DNA from: Candidatus Latescibacterota bacterium
Lineage (GTDB): Bacteria > Latescibacterota > UBA2968 > GCA-2709665
NCBI GenBank assembly: GCA_965222075.1
Contig: OZ244937.1
Span: 480,001 to 544,000, forward strand
DNA length: 64,000 nt
Direction: 5' to 3'
How positions within the stretch are numbered: the first letter of the stretch is position 1; each line of letters begins with the position of its first letter. The notes beneath the pieces were generated by a model, which was not told the DNA's origin, made no database searches, and worked only from the letters and a program-made list of their open reading frames with translations. The position numbers were made by a program, and so were the translations under genes. Positions 9,112 through 18,959 of this stretch are shown here, in pieces.

Positions 9112-12100
9112 ATGCGTAAGCTGCTGCTTCATCTGACCTGTTGGTTCGGCTCGGCACGTGTCTCAATCTTCGCAATTCTGTCCATCGCCCTTTTGATTCA
9201 CCCGCTGTCTCTTTCTTCACAGAACAGTTTTTCACTGTCTTTGGATGTGGATGGTACAGCAGGCGACCAGGGGGGCACGTCTCTGAATGTATCCCCTGAA
9301 AAAGTGGTTTCCATTCAGATTTTCGGCAGTGATCTTCAGGGGGCAACAGGTATTTCCGCTCGCTTTGAATACGGTGCGAGTCAGGTTGTTTACGAGGGGT
9401 TTGAGGGAGGCGACGTTTTGCCCAGTGCCCTGGTGCTTACGGGGCACGGCACGAATCCGACCTTTGTCACGATAAGCATGGTGTCTTCGGGTGGTCCCGC
9501 CACGGTCAATACGGGTCTGGTGGGCACGATTCGTTTTCGCACGTCGGCCACACTTTCGGGCACGACGATACGGCTGGTGGGTGCTGAGCTTGGCCGGGGC
9601 GGGCGCGTTGAAAGCGTGACGCTGAATGTCAGCGTTGCGTTGCAATCAGGTCCTTCTCCGGACTTTGACGGCGATGGTATGGTTGGTTTTACAGACTTTT
9701 TGCAATTTGCAGATAAATTCGGGTCAAGTCAGGGCGATGGGAAGTATGAAGCGCGGTTTGATCTGGATGGCGATGGGTCTATCGGGTTTTCAGATTTTCT
9801 CGAATTTGCGGCCCAGTTTGGGAAAAAAGTGCCGTCGCGCCTAAAGGCGGACCGCGAGGCGCTGGTGGCGCTGTACAATGCGACGGATGGGGACAATTGG
9901 ACGGACAAGACCAATTGGTTGACGGATAGCGACCTTTCGACCTGGTTTGGCGTCACGGTTTTGAACGGCCGGGTCACAGAACTGGACCTGGGGGAGAATA
10001 ATCTGACGGGCGAGGTCCCACCCCAATTGGGCAACCTGACCAGCCTTGACAGCCTGCGTCTTGACAGGAATCAATTGAGTGGCGCGATCCCATCCGAATT
10101 GGGCAACCTGTACAATTTGAAGGTGCTGAATCTTAGCTGGAATCGATTGGGTGGTGATATTCCCGTCGAGCTGGCCAACCTGTACAATTTGAAGGTGCTG
10201 AATCTTGACCGCCTTGAATCAGGTGGGAGCATTCCGTCTTTCTTAGGCAATATGACCAACCTTGAGACGCTGAGTCTTAGGAGCAATGCGTTGAGTGGTC
10301 CCATCCCGTCCTTCTTAGGCAACCTGGAAAACCTTGAGAGGCTGACTCTTACTCGCAATGCGTTGAGTGGTCCCATCCCGTCCTTCTTAGGCAACATGAC
10401 CAACCTGACGTTTCTATGGCTCGGTGGGAATGAGTTGAGTGGTCCCATTCCTGTGGAATTGGGCAACCTGGAAAACCTGGAGTCGCTGAGTCTTGGTGGC
10501 AATGCGTTGAGTGGTCCCATTCCGTCCTTCTTAGGCAACATGACCAACCTTAGGCAGCTGTATCTTAGTAGCAATCAGTTGAGTGGTGGGATTCCCGTGG
10601 AATTGGGCAACCTGGGAAACCTTGAGTGGCTGAATCTTAGGAACAATCAGTTGAGTGGTTCGATTCCATCCGAATTGGGCAACCTGGAAAACCTTGAGAG
10701 GCTGAGTCTTGGTGACACTCAGTTGAGCGGTTCGATTCCATCCGAATTGGGCAACCTGGAAAACCTGGAGTCGCTGGGCCTTGAGAACAATCAGTTGAGT
10801 GGTTCGATTCCATCCGAATTGGGCAACCTGGAAAACCTTGAGTGGCTAATTTTTCAGAACAATCAGTTGAGTGGTTCGATTCCATCCGAATTGGGCAACC
10901 TGGAAAACCTTGAGTCGCTGGGCCTTGACTGGAATAGATTGAGTGGTGAGATTCCCGTAGAATTGGGCAACCTGGAAAACCTGGAGTCGCTGGGTCTTGG
11001 TAACAATCAGTTGAGCGGTGGGATTCCTGTGGAATTGGGCAACCTGGAAAACCTTGAGTCGCTGGGTCTTTTTAAGAATCAGTTGAGTGGTGCGATTCCT
11101 GTGGAATTGGGCAACCTGTCCAATCTCACTTCCCTGATTCTTTGGGAGAATCAGTTGAGTGGTATGATTCCTGTGGAATTGGGCAACCTGGAAAACCTTG
11201 AGTGGCTGAATCTTGCCGACAATCAGTTGAGTGGTATGATTCCTCAGAGTCTGACAAGGCTGACAAAGCTGGGGGGATTTCACTTTGGGGGCGAGGGGGG
11301 GCTGTGTGCGCCGCTTGATGCGGCCTTTCAGACGTGGCTTCGGGGCATTGCAGATGCCAATGGCCCAAATTGCTTGAATCCGGCGACGCGTGAGGCGTTG
11401 GTGGCTTTGTACAATGCGACAGATGGAGACAATTGGACGAACAAGACCAATTGGCTCACTGACAATGACATTTCGACCTGGCATGGCGTTGGCGTTTCTA
11501 ACGGTTGGGTTACACACCTGGACATGAGAGATAATAATCTGACGGGTGAACTTCCCGTGGAATTGGGCAACCTGACCAACCTTGAGACTCTGCATCTTCC
11601 CGAAAATGCGTTGAGTGGTGAGATACCCGTGGAATTGGGTAACCTGGCCAACCTCACGCACCTGTGGCTTTACAATAATGCGTTGAGCGGTTCGATACCC
11701 GTGGAATTGGGCGGTCTGGACAGCCTCAAGGTACTGGAGCTTGGCGCGAATCAATTGAGTGGTGAGATACCAGAGGAATTGGGCAAACTGTCCAACCTTG
11801 AGGCGCTGCGTTTTGGTAGCAATGCGTTGAGTGGTGAAATTCCAGAGGAATTGGGCAATCTGACCAACCTTACTAATCTGGGTCTTGACAACAATGAGTT
11901 GAGTGGTGAGATACCCGTGGAATTGGCCAACCTGTCCAACCTTACGGTGCTATTGCTTTGGAACAATCAGTTGAGTGGTGCGATTCCTGTGGAGTTGAGC
12001 AACCTGACCAACCTGAAGGATCTGAATCTTGGCGGCAATCAGTTGAGTGGTGCGATTCCTGTGGAGTTGAGCAACCTGACCAATCTCACTCACTTGAGTT

Positions 12101-12558
12101 TTTGGAACAATCAGTTGAGTGGTACGATTCCCGTGGCATTGGGCAACCTGACCAATCTCACTGAACTGCATCTTAACGAAAATCAGTTGAGTGGTGCGCT
12201 TCCTGTCAAATTGGCCAACCTGTCCAACCTGAAGATGCTGTCTCTTGGCGGCAATCAGTTGAGTGGTACGATTCCCGTGGAATTAGGCAACCTGGCCAAT
12301 CTCACGCATCTGTGGCTTCACAGCAATGCGTTGAGCGGTGCGCTTCCCGTGGAATTGGGCAACTTGACCAATCTCACTGAACTGCATCTTAACGACAATC
12401 AGTTGAGTGGTGCGCTACCTCAGAGCCTCACAAGGCTCACAAAGCTGGAGAAATTTCACTTTGGGGGCGAGGGGGGGCTATGTGCGCCGCTTGATTCGGC
12501 CTTTCAGACGTGGCTTCGGGGCATTGAAGAGACCGGCGGTCCGAATTGCTCAAGTTAG
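9112..12558 (+). CDS. Secreted LRR protein 1: cohesin-like domain, dockerin/EF-hand pair, two capped plant-type LRR blocks
   Basis: RBS AGGAAGGA and ATG 9112. DFDGDGMVGFTDF/DLDGDGSIGFSDF motifs. 24-aa LxxLxLxxNxLSGxIPxxLGNL repeats (about 18 and about 13), each block with N-cap REALVALYNATDGDNW and C-cap LCAPLD..GPNC. Confidence 0.9.
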   Translation: MRKLLLHLTCWFGSARVSIFAILSIALLIHPLSLSSQNSFSLSLDVDGTAGDQGGTSLNVSPEKVVSIQIFGSDLQGATGISARFEYGASQVVYEGFEGGDVLPSALVLTGHGTNPTFVTISMVSSGGPATVNTGLVGTIRFRTSATLSGTTIRLVGAELGRGGRVESVTLNVSVALQSGPSPDFDGDGMVGFTDFLQFADKFGSSQGDGKYEARFDLDGDGSIGFSDFLEFAAQFGKKVPSRLKADREALVALYNATDGDNWTDKTNWLTDSDLSTWFGVTVLNGRVTELDLGENNLTGEVPPQLGNLTSLDSLRLDRNQLSGAIPSELGNLYNLKVLNLSWNRLGGDIPVELANLYNLKVLNLDRLESGGSIPSFLGNMTNLETLSLRSNALSGPIPSFLGNLENLERLTLTRNALSGPIPSFLGNMTNLTFLWLGGNELSGPIPVELGNLENLESLSLGGNALSGPIPSFLGNMTNLRQLYLSSNQLSGGIPVELGNLGNLEWLNLRNNQLSGSIPSELGNLENLERLSLGDTQLSGSIPSELGNLENLESLGLENNQLSGSIPSELGNLENLEWLIFQNNQLSGSIPSELGNLENLESLGLDWNRLSGEIPVELGNLENLESLGLGNNQLSGGIPVELGNLENLESLGLFKNQLSGAIPVELGNLSNLTSLILWENQLSGMIPVELGNLENLEWLNLADNQLSGMIPQSLTRLTKLGGFHFGGEGGLCAPLDAAFQTWLRGIADANGPNCLNPATREALVALYNATDGDNWTNKTNWLTDNDISTWHGVGVSNGWVTHLDMRDNNLTGELPVELGNLTNLETLHLPENALSGEIPVELGNLANLTHLWLYNNALSGSIPVELGGLDSLKVLELGANQLSGEIPEELGKLSNLEALRFGSNALSGEIPEELGNLTNLTNLGLDNNELSGEIPVELANLSNLTVLLLWNNQLSGAIPVELSNLTNLKDLNLGGNQLSGAIPVELSNLTNLTHLSFWNNQLSGTIPVALGNLTNLTELHLNENQLSGALPVKLANLSNLKMLSLGGNQLSGTIPVELGNLANLTHLWLHSNALSGALPVELGNLTNLTELHLNDNQLSGALPQSLTRLTKLEKFHFGGEGGLCAPLDSAFQTWLRGIEETGGPNCSS

Positions 12559-12668
12559 GCGTCGCTCGGGCGGATTACAAACCGTTCGCCTGACTCCGCG
12601 TGTTAAGTTCGTGTAAAAAAAATTGGGGTTCTTTGGCATACACCCGTGTAGAACAGGAGGAAAGCGTT

Positions 12669-13478
12669 ATGAAACGTGTGGTGGTATTCGCTCTGTGTCT
12701 GGGCCTCGCCGCGGCAGGGTCGGTCACTGCCGGTGAGATGACCAGCGGGCTGGAGATGAACGGCGGTCCGAATGCGTTTGCAGGTTTGAAGCTGGAACGG
12801 GTGCAGGATGGGACGCAGAAAGAGGGCGTGTTAAAGCTTCAGGTGACGATGGACCAGATCAAGGACCTGAAGGGCTACGGATTTGTGCTCCAGTTCGATC
12901 CGGCCAGGTACGAGTTTGTAGGGGTCAAAGAGGCTGTCGATAACCTTCTGAGTACGGGCAGCGGGCAGCCGACTCTGTTTCTCTCCGCCAGCCAATCGCC
13001 CGGCCAGGTGGCGGTGGGGGCGATGAAGGTGGACGGTCAGGCCGTAACCGGTGAAGGCAGGCTGCTGGAGGTGACGTTTAAGACCGTAGACGTGCCCCAG
13101 CCCACCGATTTTCAGATTGCCGAGGGGGTGCTGATCGATGTGGAGGGGAACATCGATCCGATCCACCACCTTGAGGTTGGCAACCTGAAGCCGCTGCCGG
13201 ACAGCTTTGGTCTGGATCAGAATATGCCCAATCCGTTCAACCCTTCCACGACCATCGGATATCAGTTGCCAGAGTCGGGGCAGGTCCATCTGGGGGTTTA
13301 CAACCTGCTGGGGCAGGAGGTTCGGACCATGGTCAGTGGAACCCTGGATGCGGGGTATTACACGCTGGATTGGGACGGGAGGGACAATTTCGGGCGTCAG
13401 CTGGCCAGTGGGATCTACCTGTACCGGATGCGGGTCAACGATTTTAGTGAGACGCGCCGGATGATGCTTTTAAAGTAA
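12669..13478 (+). CDS. Secreted cohesin-like plus FlgD-Ig (C-terminal sorting-like) domain protein
   Basis: RBS AGGAGG, signal peptide, 'LKGYGFVLQFDP' cohesin-like motif, 'QNMPNPFNPSTTIGY..WDGRD..LASGIYLYR'. Confidence 0.8.
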   Translation: MKRVVVFALCLGLAAAGSVTAGEMTSGLEMNGGPNAFAGLKLERVQDGTQKEGVLKLQVTMDQIKDLKGYGFVLQFDPARYEFVGVKEAVDNLLSTGSGQPTLFLSASQSPGQVAVGAMKVDGQAVTGEGRLLEVTFKTVDVPQPTDFQIAEGVLIDVEGNIDPIHHLEVGNLKPLPDSFGLDQNMPNPFNPSTTIGYQLPESGQVHLGVYNLLGQEVRTMVSGTLDAGYYTLDWDGRDNFGRQLASGIYLYRMRVNDFSETRRMMLLK

Positions 13479-13522
13479 AGGATCGGGGCACAGTACACGA
13501 CAAAACCTAATCCTTAAACAAG

Positions 13523-13827
13523 TGTCAACAACGATTTGGTTTTCGACAGATCCACCGGTTTAGAATTGTCATCGTGGTAGGGGCGCCCCTTGTGGGCGCC
13601 CGCCCCCCCTTGCTGGCTATCTTGAAGGAGTTGGAGAAGGGAGACTCGTAACGATGTCCAGGTCCGACAAACAGCCCTGCCTGCCGAGTCAGGGGCATCG
13701 ATGCCGGGTAATGCCGACGCCTGCCTGCGCCGAGTCCTGCTCGGCAGGCAGGGAGGAAAGGGGCCTGACTTCGGACACGCTTGGGAAGGGGACAAAGGTC
13801 TGGAGAGTGGCGCAAGCCTATAACCTC
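13523..13827 (+). repeat. Composite dispersed repeat, copy 1 (GTAG-REP plus micro-insert at 13720-13752)
   Basis: 13523-13593 matches 18339-18409; 13563-13685 resembles 18813-18940; 13649-13827 resembles 27524-27706. Confidence 0.85.
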
Positions 13828-13884
13828 CAAAGAAAGACGAGGCGATCCCGGAACAAGCTTGGCCTTCAGGTGAAGCCGAAGTGG

Positions 13885-14103
13885 CGTGTGCCTGTAGGCG
13901 ACGGCCGTCGGAACGCCGGATGCGGGAAATCCGCACGTCCGGTTCGTGGCCGGTGAGCGTGTCGAACCGACGAGCGGGACGTGGAAACGGGGCATGGAGA
14001 GGCTATTGAGGCACCGTTAGACGAAAGGGTGTGACGGTGAGCGTGTCGAACCGCGGAAACAGATAGGCCGCTCCTAAACCACCGCGCCACATCTCGACTC
14101 TAC
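13885..14103 (+). mobile_element. Group II intron 3' remnant (domains V-VI), interrupted by two 23-bp inserts
   Basis: CGCCGGATGCGGGAAATCCGCACGTCCGGTTC (DV) ... CCGCGCCACATCTCGACTCTAC (DVI end). No RT ORF present. Confidence 0.85.
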
Positions 14104-14200
14104 CGGCTTTACCTCGTGGGGTCCACGGGGCGGCGCTCCCTGGACGTTTCTATTTGGAAAGGCCCGTTTTGTGCCAACATTCGGAAAAGGAGAGAAGCTG

Positions 14201-14311
14201 CTAGTGGTCAGTTTCAGAAGTCCACATGAAGGAAAAATGTCGCAGAATCACACGGAATTACTCAGAAGGAATCCACAGAAACTCATACGAACTTGAGAAA
14301 TCGACCACTAG
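14201..14311. mobile_element. MITE (111 bp) with CTAG ends
   Basis: Inverted repeats CTAGTGGTCAGTTTCAGAAGT / ACTTGAGAAATCGACCACTAG. Confidence 0.75.
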
Positions 14312-14351
14312 GGATAACGGAATCCTAAGTCACTTACGATGGAGGTTTGCG

Positions 14352-16376
14352 ATGAATTTTAACGACAATCCAATTGAAGAGAGCCAGCAAGATAGTATCG
14401 ACAGAACTGCTCTCGCTGAAAAATTCGCTCAGCAAGTACTGGATCTTGATGCCTCCAATGGGATCGTAGTGGGCGTCCTTGGTCCTTGGGGTTCCGGAAA
14501 AACATCCTTCGTCAATCTAGCACGGAGAGAGTTCAATGAGAGGGAAATTCCGATACTCGAATTTAACCCTTGGATGTTTAGCAATACGGGGCAACTCGTT
14601 AAATCGTTCTTTGCCGAGTTCGTGGCGCAACTAGAGCTAAGAAATGATGACGACCTTGCCAAAATAGGTGCAGCTATATTGAATTACGCTCCGTTATTCC
14701 TTAGCCTGTTGCCCGGGGGCCAAATTGTCGGCACCTTTGCGAGATTAGCAGGTGATACTATTGGCCGTCGGAACAGAAGTGTTGAGCATGAGCGGAGCGA
14801 GATCGAAGAAGCGCTTTCTGGACTCGACAAACCGATTATTGTGTTACTTGATGACGTTGACCGATTGACCACATCGGAGATCCGAGATGTATTTAAGCTG
14901 GTTCGCTTGATTGCCAACTTCCCGAACGTCATTTACATCGTAGTTTTTGACCGAGACCGCGTCGAGCGTGCACTGGATGAGCGTGGTATAAAGGGTCGGG
15001 ACTACATCGAGAAAATCCTTCAATTTTCTGCAGATTTGCCGGTAGTGTCCCGTCACGTACTCTGCCAGCAGATTCGCTCAGCAATTGTTAGTGCTCTCAA
15101 CGAAGTTGATGATCCCGGCCCGTTTGATGAGCAGGTCTGGTCTGGTGTCTTGCAGCGGGTCGTCGCTCCACTAATCCAAAACATGCGAGACGTTAACCGA
15201 TATTCAGTTTCTATTCACACTGCTATAAGATCTCTTGAAGGGCGAATTCAGCTAGCCGACCTTTTCGCACTCGAAGCCGTTCGCATGTTTCTTCCGGATG
15301 TTTTCAAGCTCCTACACGGCTCTATCGATGACCTAACGAGCCCTAGAGATCCCAACAATGGACACGGTGCTTCCACGCCGCCGGCACACCCTACGGTAAT
15401 CGTCAAGGCCTTAATTAAAGCCGCCGGCGATCAGAAACAACATGTCGTTGAAAGTATGATTGAACTACTCTTTCCGGCTGCAGCACACAATGTCGGTGGC
15501 AGTGCCTTCCAAGGGGAAGGGACTAAAGAGTGGCTTAAGGAGCGTCGCATCGCGTATCCGGACATCTTGAAGCTCTATCTGGAGCGTCGCGTTAGCGAAC
15601 ACTTGCAAGCGTTCATTGACTCAGAACGGGCATGGGAAAGAATGCATGAACTCAATGACTTCGAGGAGAATTTGAACACTCTCAATCCGGCAAATATACA
15701 TAACGTGATTGCATTGCTAGAGTTGTTCGAAGACCAATTCACCTCAAATCATGTTATACCAGGTATTACCGTTCTACTCAATCTTTTTTCGGCTCCCGAA
15801 TGCCGCCGGGAAAAATACGACTTGTCTCTCAGCGATACGGTAAATCGCATCACAGGTCGGTTGTTAAGATCTCTGGATGACCATCAGAAACTCAACGAAG
15901 CAATACACGACACGTTAGGCAATTTAAGGTCATTGTCGTCCAAATGGAAACTCATCACCATCGTCGGACACCGAGAGAAGACGGGGCAAAAGCTGGTATC
16001 GGAGGATAAAGCGTTGGAACACGAGAAAGATTGGCGTGTTGAAGTCCGAAGAGCCCGAGTCGACAATCTTTTGAAGGAGTATGACCTCTTCCGAATTCTC
16101 CTTGATACGAAGCACGACGCTGCTCCTTCAGAAGACCCGCTAGCAATCGACGACTCACCGGAGATGACGTTTGCCCTACTTTATACTGCTCAGAGAGAGA
16201 CCAAAAATCAAGCAATTCAGAGTTCCGCCTGGAAAAATCTAATCTTTCTGTACAACAATGAGGACAAGTTGATAACGCAGGTTCAAAATCTGCGCAGTGC
16301 AGATCCAGAGAGATTCTGTAACTATATCAGACTTGCGAACGAATACCTCTCACCAGGGGGTCGAGGTGTTCCATAG
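14352..16376 (+). CDS. KAP-family P-loop NTPase
   Basis: RBS GGAGG. GPWGSGKTS Walker A, EFNPWMF, LLDDVDRL Walker B, YIEKILQ. Lower GC than the flanks. Confidence 0.9.
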   Translation: MNFNDNPIEESQQDSIDRTALAEKFAQQVLDLDASNGIVVGVLGPWGSGKTSFVNLARREFNEREIPILEFNPWMFSNTGQLVKSFFAEFVAQLELRNDDDLAKIGAAILNYAPLFLSLLPGGQIVGTFARLAGDTIGRRNRSVEHERSEIEEALSGLDKPIIVLLDDVDRLTTSEIRDVFKLVRLIANFPNVIYIVVFDRDRVERALDERGIKGRDYIEKILQFSADLPVVSRHVLCQQIRSAIVSALNEVDDPGPFDEQVWSGVLQRVVAPLIQNMRDVNRYSVSIHTAIRSLEGRIQLADLFALEAVRMFLPDVFKLLHGSIDDLTSPRDPNNGHGASTPPAHPTVIVKALIKAAGDQKQHVVESMIELLFPAAAHNVGGSAFQGEGTKEWLKERRIAYPDILKLYLERRVSEHLQAFIDSERAWERMHELNDFEENLNTLNPANIHNVIALLELFEDQFTSNHVIPGITVLLNLFSAPECRREKYDLSLSDTVNRITGRLLRSLDDHQKLNEAIHDTLGNLRSLSSKWKLITIVGHREKTGQKLVSEDKALEHEKDWRVEVRRARVDNLLKEYDLFRILLDTKHDAAPSEDPLAIDDSPEMTFALLYTAQRETKNQAIQSSAWKNLIFLYNNEDKLITQVQNLRSADPERFCNYIRLANEYLSPGGRGVP

Positions 16377-16794
16377 ACGAATCGTTCGGCGTGCCTGCGA
16401 TAGACGTGGTTGAGCACCTGTTGTCTGGCGGTTTGAGTCCGCCGTGTCACGCCGTCGTGCGCGGTGTCGTGCGTCCTGAGAACCGGAGAAGTGCCCCGGG
16501 TATGATGTCTTCAGCTGTGGCATAATCGCCAAGAGTTTGCTGTACCTGCTTTCGATGCCGCGCCAGAAATCGTAATGTATCTACTTAGTGGCTACTAAAC
16601 ATTCGGTGTGTTGTTTTTATTGGAGTTGGGATGTTTAAGTCGAAACAAATGGCGGAACGTTCGCGCCTGTTTGGAGAGACGGTCGTGTTTGATACGCACT
16701 AAAGTGGTCGCATTGGCAGCCACAATAACCATGCCAATTTGAATGGATGCGCCTTGATGTCCACGATATTTAATCCGTGTTGCACCTCGACAGA

Positions 16795-16821
16795 CCTGCC
16801 TGTGCGTTGCACGCAGACAGG
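16795..16821. repeat. Micro-insert, 27 bp, at A^T, in frame
   Basis: Removal gives TTLICRG. Confidence 0.85.
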
Positions 16822-17147
16822 TAAGGGTTGTGATCAGGTTTTCAACGAAGGGACGACTATAGGCACAGGCGTGAGCAATTTTGATCTGAGTGGCGTTTTG
16901 TTTTTCTTCCAAGCCGGGTATGTGAAGCGCCTCCTTGATCATTTCAGGCGTGGGCACTTTCGGGATCGGTGCGATTGAACTGGGAATGCCCAGGGTTGCG
17001 ATCCCTCGAAAGTGGAGTTGATTTCTCAGATTGGGATCATCCAATCCCAAGTCGCCAGCCAAAGATCGAATGAGCGGTTTTCGTCTTTGATATGCAAAGT
17101 CGAGCAAGTCGATGGCCCCATCAACAGTCTGCACAAGAGGCAAGGCA

Positions 17148-17174
17148 CCTGCTTGCGCGCTGCGCGCAGGCAAG
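17148..17174. repeat. Micro-insert, 27 bp, at A^T, in frame (decayed ends)
   Basis: Removal gives DASYALPLV. Confidence 0.8.
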
Positions 17175-17319
17175 TAAGAGGCATCATGCTGGATTGCCCA
17201 CAGGCAGATGATAGCCAAAGATGAAGCCGGTTCCCATCTCAGCGATGATACCTGGTTTTTTCCCGAATTGGCAGGGACAGTTGCTCTTGCCTTTCTTGAT
17301 CGGGGCGATCGTCGGGTCA

Positions 17320-17349
17320 CCTGTCTGCGTGCGGTGACGCACAGGCAGG
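17320..17349. repeat. Micro-insert, 30 bp, at A^T, in frame
   Basis: Removal gives VNAYDPTIAP. Confidence 0.9.
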
Positions 17350-17753
17350 TAGGCATTGACGATTTTACAGTGATCCAATTTTTCCCGTTGACCAACTGTC
17401 GTGATTGTTTTTCAATGTGTCGATGGGCCTGGAGAGCCTCGTCGAGTTTGTGCATCAACCGCTCTTGCTGCACCTGGTCTATGGCGATGTCTTTTTGCAG
17501 GTGCATTTGGGCGCAAAGGGCAAGCGGCGTAACCTGACATCCAATAGAAAGCAGCCGTTTTTCAGTCTCTCGAACCCATTTGAGATAGACTTTGCCCTTG
17601 CCCCGGCATTGTCTGCCAAAGGTGCGCATCTGCGCCTTGAGATCCGTTTGCAGGGTCTCTGCTTCGGCTTGGATGCGGCTGCCCCCTGCGGTGAAAGGGG
17701 CTATTTGTTGGATGATTTGGAGGATTTTTTTCGCTTTATAAAGCGTCGTGGCA

Positions 17754-17786
17754 CCTGTCTGCCGTGCCGGGCACGGCACAGGCAGG
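17754..17786. repeat. Micro-insert, 33 bp, at A^T, in frame
   Basis: Removal gives RVTDATTLYK. Confidence 0.9.
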
Positions 17787-17885
17787 TCCGTAACCCGTTG
17801 GGAGCCTTGCTCAGCGGGAAACGTATCGACCACCAGGTGCTGGGGAGAAACCAGCCCTTCCTCCATGGCCTCTGCTGCCTGGATT

Positions 17886-18267
17886 GGAGTTACCCCGGTT
17901 TAGTGGACGGTTTTAGGCTTGGGTATCAAGCCCATGATTGATGGTTGTTTTCGTAGGTTGTGGGTGAGTGGTACCCCAACGCTGAATGCCTGCGATGTGG
18001 ATTGTACCACCCCTCGATGTATTCGAAGAGGGCCTGTTGCGCGTCCTGGAATGTGCGGAAGCAGTGGCGGTCGAGGAGTTCGCATTCTACTGTGGCGAAG
18101 AAACGCTCGCACATCGCGTTGTCAAAGCAGTCTCCGACGGATCCTGTGGAGGGACGGACACCGGCCTTCTTGCAGCGCAGACCAAAGGCGAGTAAGGTAA
18201 ACTGCGATTCCTGGTCGGAGTGATGGATCACGTCCTTGGGACGACGCTGCCACAAGGCCATGTCCAC
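17886..18267 (-). mobile_element. IS3-family remnant (orfB C-terminus plus terminal IR)
   Basis: 'IHHSDQ.SQF..G.CFDNAMCE.FF..YIEGWYNPHRRHSALGY.SP' and IR-like GGAGTTACCCCGGTTTAGTGGAC. Confidence 0.85.
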
Positions 18268-18338
18268 TCTCGGACTCGCTCTGCTGGCCTGGAAGGGCGA
18301 TTCAGGGAGGGTACCGACACGTTCCTCGCGCCCGTGAC

Positions 18339-18959
18339 TGTCAACAACGATTTGGTTTTCGACAGATCCACCGATTTAGAATTGTCATCGTGGTAGGGGC
18401 GCCCCTTGTAGGCACCCGACCCTCGGAGGCGCGATGGTCACCGTTACAGAAATCAGGGCAACCACAAGGGTTGCCTGCCTGCGTAGCGGTCTGCCTGCCT
18501 GCAGCGCGGTGCGCCGCGCAGGCAGGCGCTGCAGGCAGGCCCCTACGTTGGGTGACGCGGTCGGCGCGTGCAACGGACCGGGTTTGGGGACAATTCGATG
18601 CGATGGAATACCGATACCACATACCCAATCCCATCCGCATCCACCACCCGCAGGGGCGGTTCGCGAACCGCCCCTACAAAGACCGCCATGACATCGATAT
18701 GGAATTTCTGACCGATTCCCAACCATCGAAATGGACGGATTCGTTGTCATGTCCAACCGATTCCCATCCGTGGTTATGAACACATTCGTTGCAATGCCCA
18801 ACCCCATCCACGGAATTGTCATCGTGGTAGGGGCGCCCCTTGTGGGTGCCCGCCCCCCCTTGCTGGCTATCTTGAAGGGGTTGGAGAAGGGAGGCCGATA
18901 ACGATGCTCAGGTCCGACAAACATCCCCGCCTGCCTGCGCTGGCGCGCCAGCAGGCAGG
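18339..18959. repeat. REP and composite-repeat cluster, with a doubly nested micro-insert (18474-18539) and a 30-bp insert (18930-18959)
   Basis: GTAGGGGCGCCCCTTGT at 18394 and 18828; GCAGGGGCGGTTCGCGAACCGCCCCTAC at 18650; REP 18456-18546 split by nested inserts. Confidence 0.85.

Larger units (their letters stand above)
16595..17884 (-). pseudogene. 5'-truncated DDE transposase (IS5/ISNCY-like) with four in-frame micro-inserts and two compensating indels
   Basis: 'VVDTFPAEQGSQRVTD^ATTLYKAKK', 'KIVNAY^DPTIAPIKKGKSNCPCQFGKKPG', 'SLAGDLG', 'SRPFVENLI'. Cut at about 17885 by an IS3 end. Confidence 0.75.

Noticed and set aside
9979-12470. 72-bp tandem repeats as a CRISPR array or DGR
   Set aside because: They are in-frame LRR coding units. 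There are no unique spacers, cas genes or RT, and no adenine-specific TR/VR pair was seen.
12554-12600. GTTAGGC after the LRR stop as an att core
   Set aside because: It overlaps the stop codon and has no partner site. The hairpin is better explained as terminator-like.
12634-12650. Third sigma54 promoter (TGGCAT...)
   Set aside because: The -12 element and spacing do not fit.
13885-14103. Active group II intron
   Set aside because: Only DV-DVI remain, they are interrupted, and there is no RT.
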